From positions 62,001 through 126,000 of the forward strand of contig NW_020845464.1 of NCBI RefSeq assembly GCF_003704095.1: DNA of 64,000 nt, in the 5' to 3' direction. Source of the DNA: Pocillopora damicornis. Taxonomy: Eukaryota. The notes under the pieces are model-generated. The model was not told the DNA's origin, made no database searches, and saw nothing but the letters and a program-made list of their open reading frames with translations. Shown here one piece after another: positions 18,690-30,287 of this stretch (the first letter of the stretch is position 1; every line of letters begins with the position of its first letter). Made by a program: the position numbers and the translations under genes.

Positions 18690-19570
18690 ATGAGGGAGTT
18701 AATGAAACGTTACCAATCTTTATCGAGATTCTATGCCACCCTTGGAAAAAACTGGTAAGCAATTACATTTCTACATATATTTTAAGACATGCCATTGCCC
18801 CATTTTACATTGAAACCCCTCTGAAAAGAACCTCTGGTTTTTCGTGAATGGCTGTCTTTAAACTGGTCGAGATTTGTAATCAGGAGTTACTTTCGTCTGG
18901 GTATCAACTGTATGAATTGACTAGAACTGGTTTTACTTCTGAAAAGTCACATTCCTAGTTATAGCTTTGTGTTAAAAGCGCACTGAGTCCGGGTTTACCA
19001 CAACACTAGGCCTAATGACTCTCGAGGTGATATATATTATTCAGGTATCCATATTGAGCAAAGTTTTTCGGTCTCTTTGCAATTCTTAGGTTACATTTAA
19101 GTTGCATTTCATATAAACCAAGAAAATGTCACATGACTCAAGAATTAAAACTGGACGTTATTAAGTTTTTGTTTTTAAACACTTTTCCAGCTATTGCAAT
19201 TGTTAATGAAAACCCTGATTATAATTAAGCAGTGCTCTCAAAATTTCTTAACTCTTCAACTCCCTTCGGTGACTGCCTCTATGAATAATGTGCTCTAATA
19301 AATTACATCCTTATTAACCTGGTTTCCATTTTATAAACATCAAATTCTTTTAGCCAAAGGTTGGTCATATTAATTTAGTCCAGCTGTATCTGTTCCTCAC
19401 AAAGCATGACATTTTCCCATACTTTTTGTGTGCAATTTTACAGGGTGCTAACAGCTGGTGCATGGGGAACAGGACTGGGAGTTGTTTTCTTGTACGTAAC
19501 AGACTGGAAAGTTGTCACCCAAAAGATTCCTTTTATTAAGGATAAATATGATCATGAAATTCCTAAATGA
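18690..19570 (+). CDS. UQCR11: Cytochrome b-c1 complex subunit 10 (UQCR11), 63 aa
   Basis: Exons 18690-18754 and 19444-19570 (phase 2, GT-AG) give MRELMKRYQSLSRFYATLGKNWVLTAGAWGTGLGVVFLYVTDWKVVTQKIPFIKDKYDHEIPK*. This matches the UQCR11 pattern KNW.....WG........TDW......PY/FI..K with one transmembrane helix. Confidence 0.93.
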
Positions 19571-21099
19571 GCGGTAAGTTGGCTAGTTTATCCGTGATGT
19601 AGAAAATCACAGGTTAGATTTCATCATGATTATTGTTCCAACCTTTTTCTTATTTCATTGCAGGAGAGCTGAGATTTGCACAGATGCCATGTTGCTTTAA
19701 GATGTCAGAGGACTGAATAATTATTTTACAGCTTCAAATATTTCCATTTCTGAAGCCAATGACCTTCTGGTGTTGTAAAGACTGTTGATTATTAAATGGT
19801 ACATTTGTTTATAGAAGTAGTGTTAATGTTGTATGGTTAACTCCAATCAAAACCCATAAATGATGAAAGGAGATTTATGCTTTACAAATCATGGTCTTGT
19901 ATAGTAAACTAATTTGACCACTGTGAGAGTGCTTTTGTTTCAAAAACCTTCAGTTTTCTTGTTCCTGTTCTTGTTCTCTGTGGGCACTGTGTGAATGCTT
20001 GTGTGCCTGTAATTTCACCTGTGCTTATTTAAACTTTGGTCCTCAAGAGTGTTAAGATAAATATATCCTATTACACATTTTGGTGTGTAGTACCTCTGAC
20101 TATCTTTACAAGTTTTGACAAATTTTTGTGTGCCCATAGGGCTTGCAAAATGCAAACAATGATTAGAAATACTCAGTGAGACCACTCTCCAAAATGTCTA
20201 ATAACTTATTTAAAATAAAATTTATTATATAGCAGGAAAAGCAAAGCAGATAAAGAAGCATAGCACGCACAGCTGACAGGTTAAACAGGTTTTTTTTTAC
20301 ATTATAAAATAAACAAGATGGCCAAATATTGGATGATACTCGATTCATTTGTTATTTGTGTTCTGCTTAGTTATAAGTGACTTTGGAAAATACTGAGACT
20401 TAATTGTCACTTTCAGGATCATTTTCTAGAAAGGCCAACTTCTTAAAATGTGTAATCAGGAGATGTTTGATTTTTTAATTTGCTTCCAAAATCCCCCTCC
20501 CCCCTCCCTCCCCCCCCCAGAAAAAATCTTTCTTTACCTTTCTTTTGTTGTCCAAAGTCCAGATTCATTAAAAAATGACCATAAAAATACTATCCTTGAC
20601 CAAAATAAGTTTTCATAGAGTGAAAATTTACTTGATTCCTTTCTTAGATGCACATAGGTGAGATATCCTAGGTAATCTAGTGCACTGAGACTGGGAGACT
20701 CCCAAATATTTATTGAGAGTTGGAATTTGAAATTTCAGAATAAATGTTCAGTGGAAGTGCTCTTGGTGGGACAGAGGTTGTGTTGATAAGTCAAACTGTA
20801 ACAATCTCCCATTCAGAGTTATTGTCCTACAGGTCATTGATCAACAATCAGTCAAGTGTCTTGAACATTTGAAATGTCAATTTTTTAATACTTTTGGCCT
20901 TGAAATACCCATACCAACATATTGACCAGTAAACAATATCTTGAAAGCTAATTTCCAATGGTGATACAATCGCGGCTCTGTAATGACATTGAGTTTAAAG
21001 AAGATCCATGTTACTGAATGCACGAGTATATTCTACCACCTCTATTGTTAATGCATTCTTCACTTTGTAGAAGGATGTTTCTCTTTGCCACAAAACAAG

Positions 21100-21680
21100 A
21101 GCCTCCATTTGGGGCAAAAATATGCGCTGATATTATTTTTCCAAGATGCAAACAGTTTTCTAAGAGCAAAGCTTAAGAAAAACTGTGAGTTTAGAGGAAC
21201 AAATTATTTCCAAGGACAAATACAAGTGCATATTCTCGTGCCAAAGGGAGGCTGTTGTGTCTATTATCCTTTAAATATTTTGCAACGTTGAAAAAGCGTT
21301 TACGAACAGCTTACTGTTTGCTGCGTGGGAGTTTTTCTTTTGAGTCTTCTCTCTTACGACTTACGAGCAAACAAATATTTCTCTTCTTTTGTAACAGCCA
21401 CAAAACACCCTCTCATCTTGAATTAAATTTGAAACCGAGACTTATTGAAGATGACTTAAGGTTTGAAAATGGGGAGTATCACTCGGGTGATGAATATCCC
21501 CCCTCCATTTTAGCTGGAAATGTTCGGACACGTGATGCGTTTAGACCAGTCGCGCTTGAACAAGAATATTTGATTGATCATAACTTCTGATATTCCCCAG
21601 TTTTAGCGCGGGTATATTTGGTCTTTGATGCGTTTAGATCAATTACGCGCGAGCAAAAATATTTGATGGGTAATAATGCA
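21100..21680. mobile_element. Longer copy of the foldback element family, with a tandemly duplicated ~95-bp end
   Basis: Shares the palindromic head with 4468-4640; GATGCGTTTAGA...AATATTTGAT occurs twice between 21490 and 21675. Confidence 0.7.
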
Positions 21681-24013
21681 GAATGAAGTGAACATCCTCT
21701 TGAGATTAATTTTGTCAAGGAACTTTTAAGAAAAGATTGATGCAGTTAATAACGGTTAATTTTTAAGCAAAGTGACAAAATCAGTCGCTAAACGATCGTG
21801 AACCAAAATGTTATATTGTGGTTATACTGTTACGGTAGTGGGGTATATTCAGTATCAGAACACTCCCTTCACTGCTATGTCAATCTAATGCTTTACCCCC
21901 CTTGAACACTTAAGCTAGATCTGAGGCATGTTCTTAATTACAAATATTTATGTATCATTTTCTGCAGCATCACGAAGAAGTTACCGATGTGTTTGTCCCA
22001 TAAGTTTCAGTGTTGTCTCCGTGTGGCTCCAGTCGAGAGTCCAAACATCTGACCACCCCGAATATAGGTGCAATACCAACATGATATTTGACAGCCGACA
22101 GACATAACTGATCAATTCCTGCTTGAACTGGTCGAGGAATTGTTTGAATATTTTATTGCCAAGAAATTTGACGACAGATATTTTGAAACCTTTATACTGG
22201 AAAGCTCAGTGAGGACTGCATGTTTATTAGAAGATCAAAATACGCTCAGAATTTAGCCATGTTGTAAAGATCGGTGAATAGGTCGCGTTGATGCAAAACA
22301 TGAAGTACTAAGACTATGCCTGCTAAAGAAAAGGCTATTTAAGATAAAAAATATGTTGGAAATGTGCCTTTTGAACATTTCTTTTGGACAGATGGTTTAC
22401 CTTAAAAAACAAAACCCTCGCAATTCATATTGGGACTGCTTCCCGGCTAGAATAGGAGTGAATGTCTTCGAAATTCGGGTCGGCAATTATTTTCAGCATG
22501 GTTCTGGAACCTAAATAAACAAAAGATACTTAACTTTATCAAAAGGGGAAAAAACTCTCATTTTTTAACCTTATGCGAAAAGATGATGTTCAGTGTTCCT
22601 TATAACTGAATTTGGGGAATGGTATGTCTGAGAAGAAGCTTTAACGGCGTGATGATGAGATATACATGTTTGAACAACTTTTGTGAAAGCGGTAGGCCAC
22701 TGACCCCGATATTTGTTCGCAAATGATATTCTTAAAATGTAAATTTATCTTTACAACAAAAGATATATGTATATATTCACAAACGCTTGTGTTCTTTTCC
22801 TGTTGTAAGCAAAAGTGTTCAGCTGCTTGCTTTAAGATTCAAGACTCAGCCAAAAAAAAAATTATTGCCTAAATTAAGGAGGTATTGTACAAAAAAAATA
22901 AATTAATACAACACAATAACTGATGATGGCATTAGTTGTGCAGCCAAAACATATCTTTAAAAACTACTTTCGTTAGTTTGAAATTTATTTTGATTCGATT
23001 ATTCTATAGATTTCTCCCAATGAGCAAACGAGGTAACTCGGTATTATTCCTCAAAAACTGACAATTTGATTGAGCCGGCGACTACGTTAGCATTAGGCTC
23101 AGCGGAAAGCATACAACCACCATTTGACTTGATGTGCCTCTAGCTCTGCTCAGTTGCAAAGGAGAGTTAGTAGGATTTCATACTGCAAGAGAAATCTTAG
23201 AAGGAGTTTAGATTAACGATTAATTTTCAATTTGATTCTATTTCCATGAATTTGATTTTTACCAGTGATAGGAAGCCGAGAATCTAAGAACTAAGTTCTC
23301 GACCTAGAAAGCGTAAGATTCTCAGGCCACTTGAAAAAAAAGAGTAAACTGCGGGTGACGTTACTACCATAGAGCTCTTTGAAGTTAGAATTGTTCATTA
23401 TCACTAAAAGTTTGACTCTCCGGCTTGACGGCAAAATGCGGAACTGCAAAGCGAACGGCTGCTGTACCTGAATGCGCCCGATGGCTCATTGCGCTCCATC
23501 GGGAGAATAATCTTTCCTCGCCATTCATGATGCGCAATAAAACATCACCTCAGAATCCTGAAGCAGCAATCGTGGTGACATCGCCAACCCGTTACTTACA
23601 TCACCTCGCGAGGAAACTGACCTTATTTGTCTTATTGTCCCTAAACATGAAAGTGTTGTAATATTATAACGCAAAATGAATGTGTGCATCCACTCCTAAG
23701 TAAGTCTCCAAAGTTTAATCCCTAAACTCTCACGCTCTTTGAGGGGTTAAACCCAGGAGCTCGGCCGCCAAAAATCCACCCCTGAAAAGGCCGCTGAAGG
23801 AAGAGTTTGACTTTAAGGACTGTTCTGTTGTCACGTCAGTTAGCTTTCAAAACTGTCCTGATTATCAAACTTTCATCATTAAGTTGTATCTGGTGATTTG
23901 AATAGGCTTAACAACATGGTCAGCTATAATACCAGCTGTGACCCCGCAGGCGATGGGTATGCTGGAGCGGGGCCAGCTGTTATTTACTTTCCACCACTTC
24001 CATCCCTAGTAGG

Positions 24014-24330
24014 AAATTTAAGCAGTCAGGACCACAACATCGAGGAAGACGTCGCTATAAAAATGAATTTATATTTTAAGTTAGAAATTCCCGAATGGCT
24101 GGATGTGTTTACCTTCTCTTATGGCGCCCTATCTCTACTTCAGCATAACGTATGTGAGAAGCGTTTACTTCAAATTGGAATTTCAAATAATTTGCCCTCG
24201 AGGTTTCCGTTCTCAGACCATGCAAATTTTGGCGATTTGTGTAGGACGGTAAAGAAAGTGTTCACATTTTTAAAACGCACGTACTGCATGAGTTATTGCC
24301 CTGCTCGTTAGAACTTTTGTTTTGCCACAT
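24014..24330. mobile_element. Degenerate interspersed repeat (MITE-like)
   Basis: AAAATGAATTT...AGGACGGTAAAGAAA...AAAACGCACGT...TTGTTTTG resembles a common cnidarian repeat (from memory); explains the spurious ORF 23898-24311. Confidence 0.5.
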
Positions 24331-26022
24331 TTGAAGAAGAAATGCTTGTCAAAAATGTAAAGGCGAAATCAAGTTGGCTGTGATGCGACTCAACTCCTTT
24401 ATGCAGCTTCTACTTCTACTGACAGTGTAGGAGTATAGAAGAGTAGTTGTGTTTTTTATTCGTAACACTGCCAATTGCTAGCTAGGCGATGCTTCGCTTC
24501 TATGATGCCCGAATGAGTTTGACAGCTTCGTGAGTAATTTCCTGGATTTTAAATTACCAGTGTAGGATGAATGGCTCTCCTTCTGTTTCCTTATTTGTTT
24601 GTTAGGACTGCTTTATTTACATTTGTGTTCTAAACGTTTTAATCATATGGCTTAGGCTTGTCGCCGATGTAAGGCGCACTTTCATTGGGCGTGAGCATTT
24701 GAAGAGGTTTGATACATTTAATTATCTGCGTGCATTTAGTTATGGTCATTGATTCCTAAGTCAGACCGAACTTTCTCTTGCCATGTTGTACCATAACTAT
24801 ACTGAAATACGTTTTGCGACTGTTAAAATCAATTGTCTCAAAATAGATATCTTTTCACGACGGGTTAACCACCAATACATTTCACCTGTGCGGTTTGACC
24901 CCGGTTTGAATCGATAAAAGTGCTGTAAAGTGAAATTCTTGTCATTTCGTTGATTCATGCGGTTTGCCAATTGTTTTCATTTACTGTTATGTTTCGTTTA
25001 CCTTAAGAATCTTATGACCTTAGCCATACAAGTGCGAATTGTTTTGTCTAATTCGGAAGTGCGCGTGAACAGGAGATCAGGTGCAATTGCTGTATCAAGA
25101 ACACTCAACTCTCTAAATCGATTCAGTTCTATCTGTCTTTTATCCAATCAGAAGCTAGGCTAACGTCATAGCCGTAGTTGTACTTTGAAGGAACGACTAC
25201 GAAAGGAACACCGAAGGAAGGGCAAGGAATTATCTCCGGCAGCCACACCTTTCAGGGATCGTATTTGTGGTCAAATGCGCTGTCACCTTCGGCTCAACGA
25301 AAACCCTCCCGTATATAGTATGCTTTACTCAACTTTTCCTTCAAATGTCTGTTATCAACAAAACTGGTACAACAGATAATAAACGAGTAATATTCCATAG
25401 ATTCTCCATTCGCATCTTTACACTGAGTAAATAGATAGTTAAGCGCGCGCTTCGCCCCTTAACAAATGACGACATCAGCTTAAATTAATTTTTCTTTCGT
25501 AAGAGCCGTTTTTGTAGCCATACATAGCAACAACTTTACAAACTCGACTGTTCACTCTTTTCGAGTAAAATCGCTTTATCATAAAGACAAGGCCTCGGGG
25601 TGAAATTTTTCAGTAACGACTAAGTTCTCTATGGCAAAACTGTTTATGGTATGCATCAAAGATGACGATTGTAATTTTCAAATTATTTACGATTTTGAAA
25701 TGCGTTTATTCTGTTTGAGGGAGTAAGATTTCCTCGTTCCAATTTCCAACAGCCGCAAAATTTAAGAAAATGATACGATCTTACAAGGTAATAAAAAATT
25801 GAAAACCTGCCAGAGTTTGGCTAACAAAGCGCGTTATAAATTTTGGATTAGTAAAATACACTGTTTAGTCATTTTCGGAAAGCATGAGGAGATCTTTATA
25901 GTTTGCCCTTCAGCGGACTGAAATGAAACTACTGTACCCATGTGAATCAGTACTTTGGAAAACCTAAAGAGGTCGAATTGAAGAACGAACATTTTAGCAA
26001 TTTGTCTGAACGATTGCAGGTT

Positions 26023-26125
26023 GAGGGGGCTTGGGCGAGTGGTTAAGGACACCGGGCTAGAATTACGGAGTTCCTAAGTTCATATCCTCCACCCTCGCCT
26101 GCAACTTATCTGAATTTCTTCTTCC
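26023..26125 (+). mobile_element. Degenerate tRNA-derived SINE head
   Basis: A box TGGGCGAGTGG and degenerate B box GTTCATATCC at tRNA-like spacing; no clean cloverleaf. Confidence 0.6.
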
Positions 26126-28308
26126 CAACATTTGAAATTTTCTACAATTTTCAGCATGTACCACGATATGGATTTAGATAATTTCATATTATATCAATCT
26201 ATACTCCTGTAACTATTCAATTGTTCCAAGATCTATAAACCTCTCTCTCAGCTAAAACTCTTGAAAATTTATTGCAGTAAGATCGATCGGAGAATAGGTT
26301 TCAGGCACCGTGGTGGAGTGAGAGGTTCACCGGCTAAAACTGACCTGTAATAAATTACCTTTTTAGCTGTTAGTGCTTTAGCAAATGATATAGATAGAAA
26401 TGACTGTATTTTTTGCAATCAGACATTTGTGACTTCAAGTGTTCTTCATAGTGAGGTAATGGCCTTTGTACTCTCGACGATAGCTACGAAAAACCTTGAA
26501 TAAATTACCTCGACGAACGATATTCTCACAGTTATTGTTATTCCGCGTCAGGAAACGTTTTTCCTTTTTCGAAAAAGTTGTTAACCCTTATAACACTTAG
26601 ATACAAGCCACAAATGAGCGTAAGGGTATTTCTGCATCATCATTTATTCAGTTTTCTTGTGCAAAGATAGAAAGGATCCCATTTTGCAGCGCCTTTATGC
26701 TGACGCCTATTCTGGTTATCACAAGAAACTTGCCTTACACGGTTTTTTTTATAACTTAATTTCAAAAACAAGTTGACTTTTATTCAAAATATCTATGAGC
26801 TTTTGACGGAGCATATAAAGCTCCTGTGATGTGTAACAGCTTAGCTGATACCCTTGTTGTATACCCCTCGTTATCATCCACATCACATAAAGGGGAAAGC
26901 TTTGGTAAGACAATGGCTAATCTACTGGTATTTTTTCAGCTGATTTAAGGCAAATAGAACTGTCTCAATGTAGTTTCTATACCGCAGAGCCTCTTCTCGT
27001 CAAATTAAACGTATTCAACCGCCATCAAAAATGGATTAGGTCTCCTTTTGAGATGACAGATTGATAAATAGATGCTGTACACTCAGCTGATTGAACAAAC
27101 AGCCACTCACTGTTTGCCAATCCGCGTGTTCTGTTTCTTCCCAACCTTCCGCGTTCTTGGAAAACCTAGTTCGACCTTTGCAGTACCAAGGTGGACATAC
27201 TGCATCGTTATTTTCACACTATGGACACCGGCTGCCTCAGCAACTTTTAAAAATCGATTTTTATAAAATAATTCAAATAGTACGCGCGCTCTGATTGGCC
27301 ATAAAACCATNNNNNNNNNNNNNNNNNNNNNNNNNNNNNNNNNNNNNNNNNNNNNNNNNNNNNNNNNNNNNNNNNNNNNNNNNNNNNNNNNNNNNNNNNN
27401 NNNNNNNNNNNNNNNNNNNNNNNNNNNNNNNNNNNNNNNNNNNNNNNNNNNNNNNNNNNNNNNNNNNNNNNNNNNNNNNNNNNNNNNNNNNNNNNNNNNN
27501 NNNNNNNNNNNNNNNNNNNNNNNNNNNNNNNNNNNNNNNNNNNNNNNNNNNNNNNNNNNNNNNNNNNNNNNNNNNNNNNNNNNNNNNNNNNNNNNNNNNN
27601 NNNNNNNNNNNNNNNNNNNNNNNNNNNNNNNNNNNNNNNNNNNNNNNNNNNNNNNNNNNNNNNNNNNNNNNNNNNNNNNNNNNNNNNNNNNNNNNNNNNN
27701 NNNNNNNNNNNNNNNNNNNNNNNNNNNNNNNNNNNNNNNNNNNNNNNNNNNNNNNNNNNNNNNNNNNNNNNNNNNNNNNNNNNNNNNNNNNNNNNNNNNC
27801 GTGTTTACATCAGGCTATGTAAACACGGAAACCATTTTACATTTCTTCAATCCTTCATACTGAAGATGAATTCCATCTACACACTCGGCAGTCTTCTTTT
27901 CTTCCAGTCTGAAAACAATTATTTCTATCAAAATGACCCGCACGGTCCTGCGCGCACTAGCCCATGGAAAACCATGGTGAAACCTGACGTGGATATAGCA
28001 GGAGATGTTGGTCGGGAAAAAGCCGTCCGGCCCTGCACTCACACGGCTCTTTAGCAATTTCCGAGAACGTGAGGTGAAATTGTGGGATTCTACTTAAAAC
28101 AAAACAAATGGAAAAATGATTCGCGTTTTTCGATGAATCATGAGTTTCCTGCTTTGACTCGAAGAAAAAAAAGGAAAAGTTTTTCAATTTCTGTAGAATC
28201 TTTTATGGGTTGCTAGTGTACGCCCGTCTTTACTTTGCAAGTACGTCCTATTTAGGTTCAAAAAAGAAAGTTCAAAATTTTCAACTCTTAGTGAACGTGT
28301 GATAAAAT

Positions 28309-28453
28309 CTTATTGAGAGAGTTTGGTCGGGCCTTACGGGAAATATTTGGCTCCCGGTCATGACGCATACGGGGACCTCGCCTCGCTCGGTCTGTACGTC
28401 ATGACCGAGAGCTATATATTTTCCCGTCCGGCCCGTCCCACTCAACTAATAGG
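28309..28453. mobile_element. ~145-bp foldback element
   Basis: GGGCC..ACGGGAAATAT...CGGTCATGACGCATAC pairs with GTACGTCATGACCG...ATATTTTCCCGT..GGCCC. Confidence 0.8.
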
Positions 28454-29605
28454 TACCTATGAGAGAAAATAATGGGACCATTATTTTATCTTGGTACATC
28501 GTCTGGTGAAAATTTTGACTCGCAAGTGTTACTTCACAATAGAAAAACAAAGCCTAAAGAAGAAAAATCTTAAGAAAAACCTTACTGTTTATTTTCATTG
28601 GGGCTCAATTGTGTTGGATTCATTTAATGAACATGAAAGTTCTTGACTGTGCATCTCTGTGTAAGGTTTTAACACTGTTGAAGTTTTATTTAATGGTGAA
28701 AATTCTGCCGAATGCTATGGATCTTTAATTTGTCAATCCTTTCATCCAGTGCAAGCATTTAGCGGAGTTCTTGGGTTTAAGCAAGCACTAAGCTTGCACT
28801 TGTAGTTTGTGCTGCACCGGGCTTGAAATTAGACGGACAACGTTGAAAGGTAAAATAACACAACCGCAGTTTTGACACCGGCGTCTGAGAAAAGTACGAA
28901 ACAAACCAATCCTAGTTGGGTATAAGTGGAGTTTGATCAGATGAATATTGACGAACTTTCATTCCCTGAGACAAGACATATATTATCGGGATTATGGAGA
29001 GCATGTTTTGCCTTCTGTTTACGCACAAATGACGCAAACGAAAACGTAGAAGTATATTTTCAAAAATGCTCACTGAAGTGTATACATATAAGTGAGCAAA
29101 AATCACGCTCATCATTAATCACTTCTCGACAAAATTTTCCTGAGAAACTAACTGAGAAAGAGGATTTTTTTTATATTAAAAACCCAAGCCTGGGGTTCAG
29201 GAAAATCATATAATCTTTTAAAGTTGTGCTCAAAAAAGTGACCAACAGGGTGTTATGAGTTGTGGCTACAAATTCTTCAGATCAGCTCAAAGATAGAGGA
29301 AAAGGTTGCTTTCAAAGAAAGAGCCTAAATTTGGTGCATTGAATATTTCTGAAGTAAAAGGTTTGAAAAGTGAGTTGTTTGATTACTTCTTGAACCTAAT
29401 TTCCATATGAAAAAAATTGCGTTCTACCAAAAAAAGGTTTCTGTGTCATACGTGTCATGAAACTAATCAAGTTTAAGAATATGTGTTGTACAGCCTAAAG
29501 TATTTCTCCTTCGATATAATCTAACTTTCGTCAATAGCAGAAACAAACTCTTTGTATTTTATGGTAAATATGTGTGTCATGTTAAAACTTTTGTAATCTT
29601 TACGC

Positions 29606-30287
29606 AATTTACAAATAAGATTGTTTGAAAAAAACGATTTGAATACGACAAATACAGCATTTACTGAAAAAGAGGAAGGGATTAGTCTTGAATCTTTAGT
29701 CCACGTTTTCCAAATACCGCATGATTTTAGGTACGAACTACTTCAAACATTTGAGAATTCACTGAAACCTATTTTAGATGTTGAGTTTGCACCGCGTATA
29801 TTGGCTTCGTCTCTCTTGTTTCTAGCAAACCGCAATAAATTCCTTGTTTATAATCAAACAATTCTGAAAAATAATTTAAACCTTATCAACCCTCTTGGCT
29901 GCCTTGTTTCATTTTCGTATTCCAATCAAAAGAGCCACCTCAAATCGTGTTCAATTTTTTCAGGAAATTAGCGTGGCTCCCGTTATGTGACGTAGTTAAG
30001 ATTGAAAATGTTCATCGGTCCCTTAGCGCTTACTAGGAAACTGCCCCGTTTGCATGTACCATCTACTTGCATGTAATGCAGACTTATATATACGAATTGT
30101 TCGCCACCGTAACTGAAACCTCCTCTGCCCTCGCTGGTCTGAGAAAAGAAGAACTTTTGATGCCTCTGTTACTAGATTCTGTAACTCTGTACCTGTGTCA
30201 TTAGTAAGACTAATCCTTTTCTGCACTTTAATAAATGCTGTCTTTGCCGTATTCAAATCGTTTTTCAAACAATCTTATTTGCAAATT
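29606..30287. repeat. ~83-bp inverted repeat arms (29606-29689 and 30206-30287) with ~515-bp spacer
   Basis: CAAATAAGATTGTTTGAAAAA..CGATTTGAATACG...GGATTAGTCTT and its reverse complement; also visible as the similar ORF-track peptides KNDLNTTNTAF and KNDLNTAKTAF. Confidence 0.9.

Noticed and set aside
22645-22708. C/D-box snoRNA-like GTGATGA...CTGA
   Set aside because: Short, weak terminal stem, no C'/D' boxes and no host intron identified
23898-24311. 137-aa plus-strand ORF
   Set aside because: Mostly overlaps an interspersed repeat; no domain recognised
26023-26100. Functional tRNA gene
   Set aside because: B box and stems are degenerate; better explained as a SINE head
28926-29213. 95-aa plus-strand ORF
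   Set aside because: No recognisable motif or supporting exon chain
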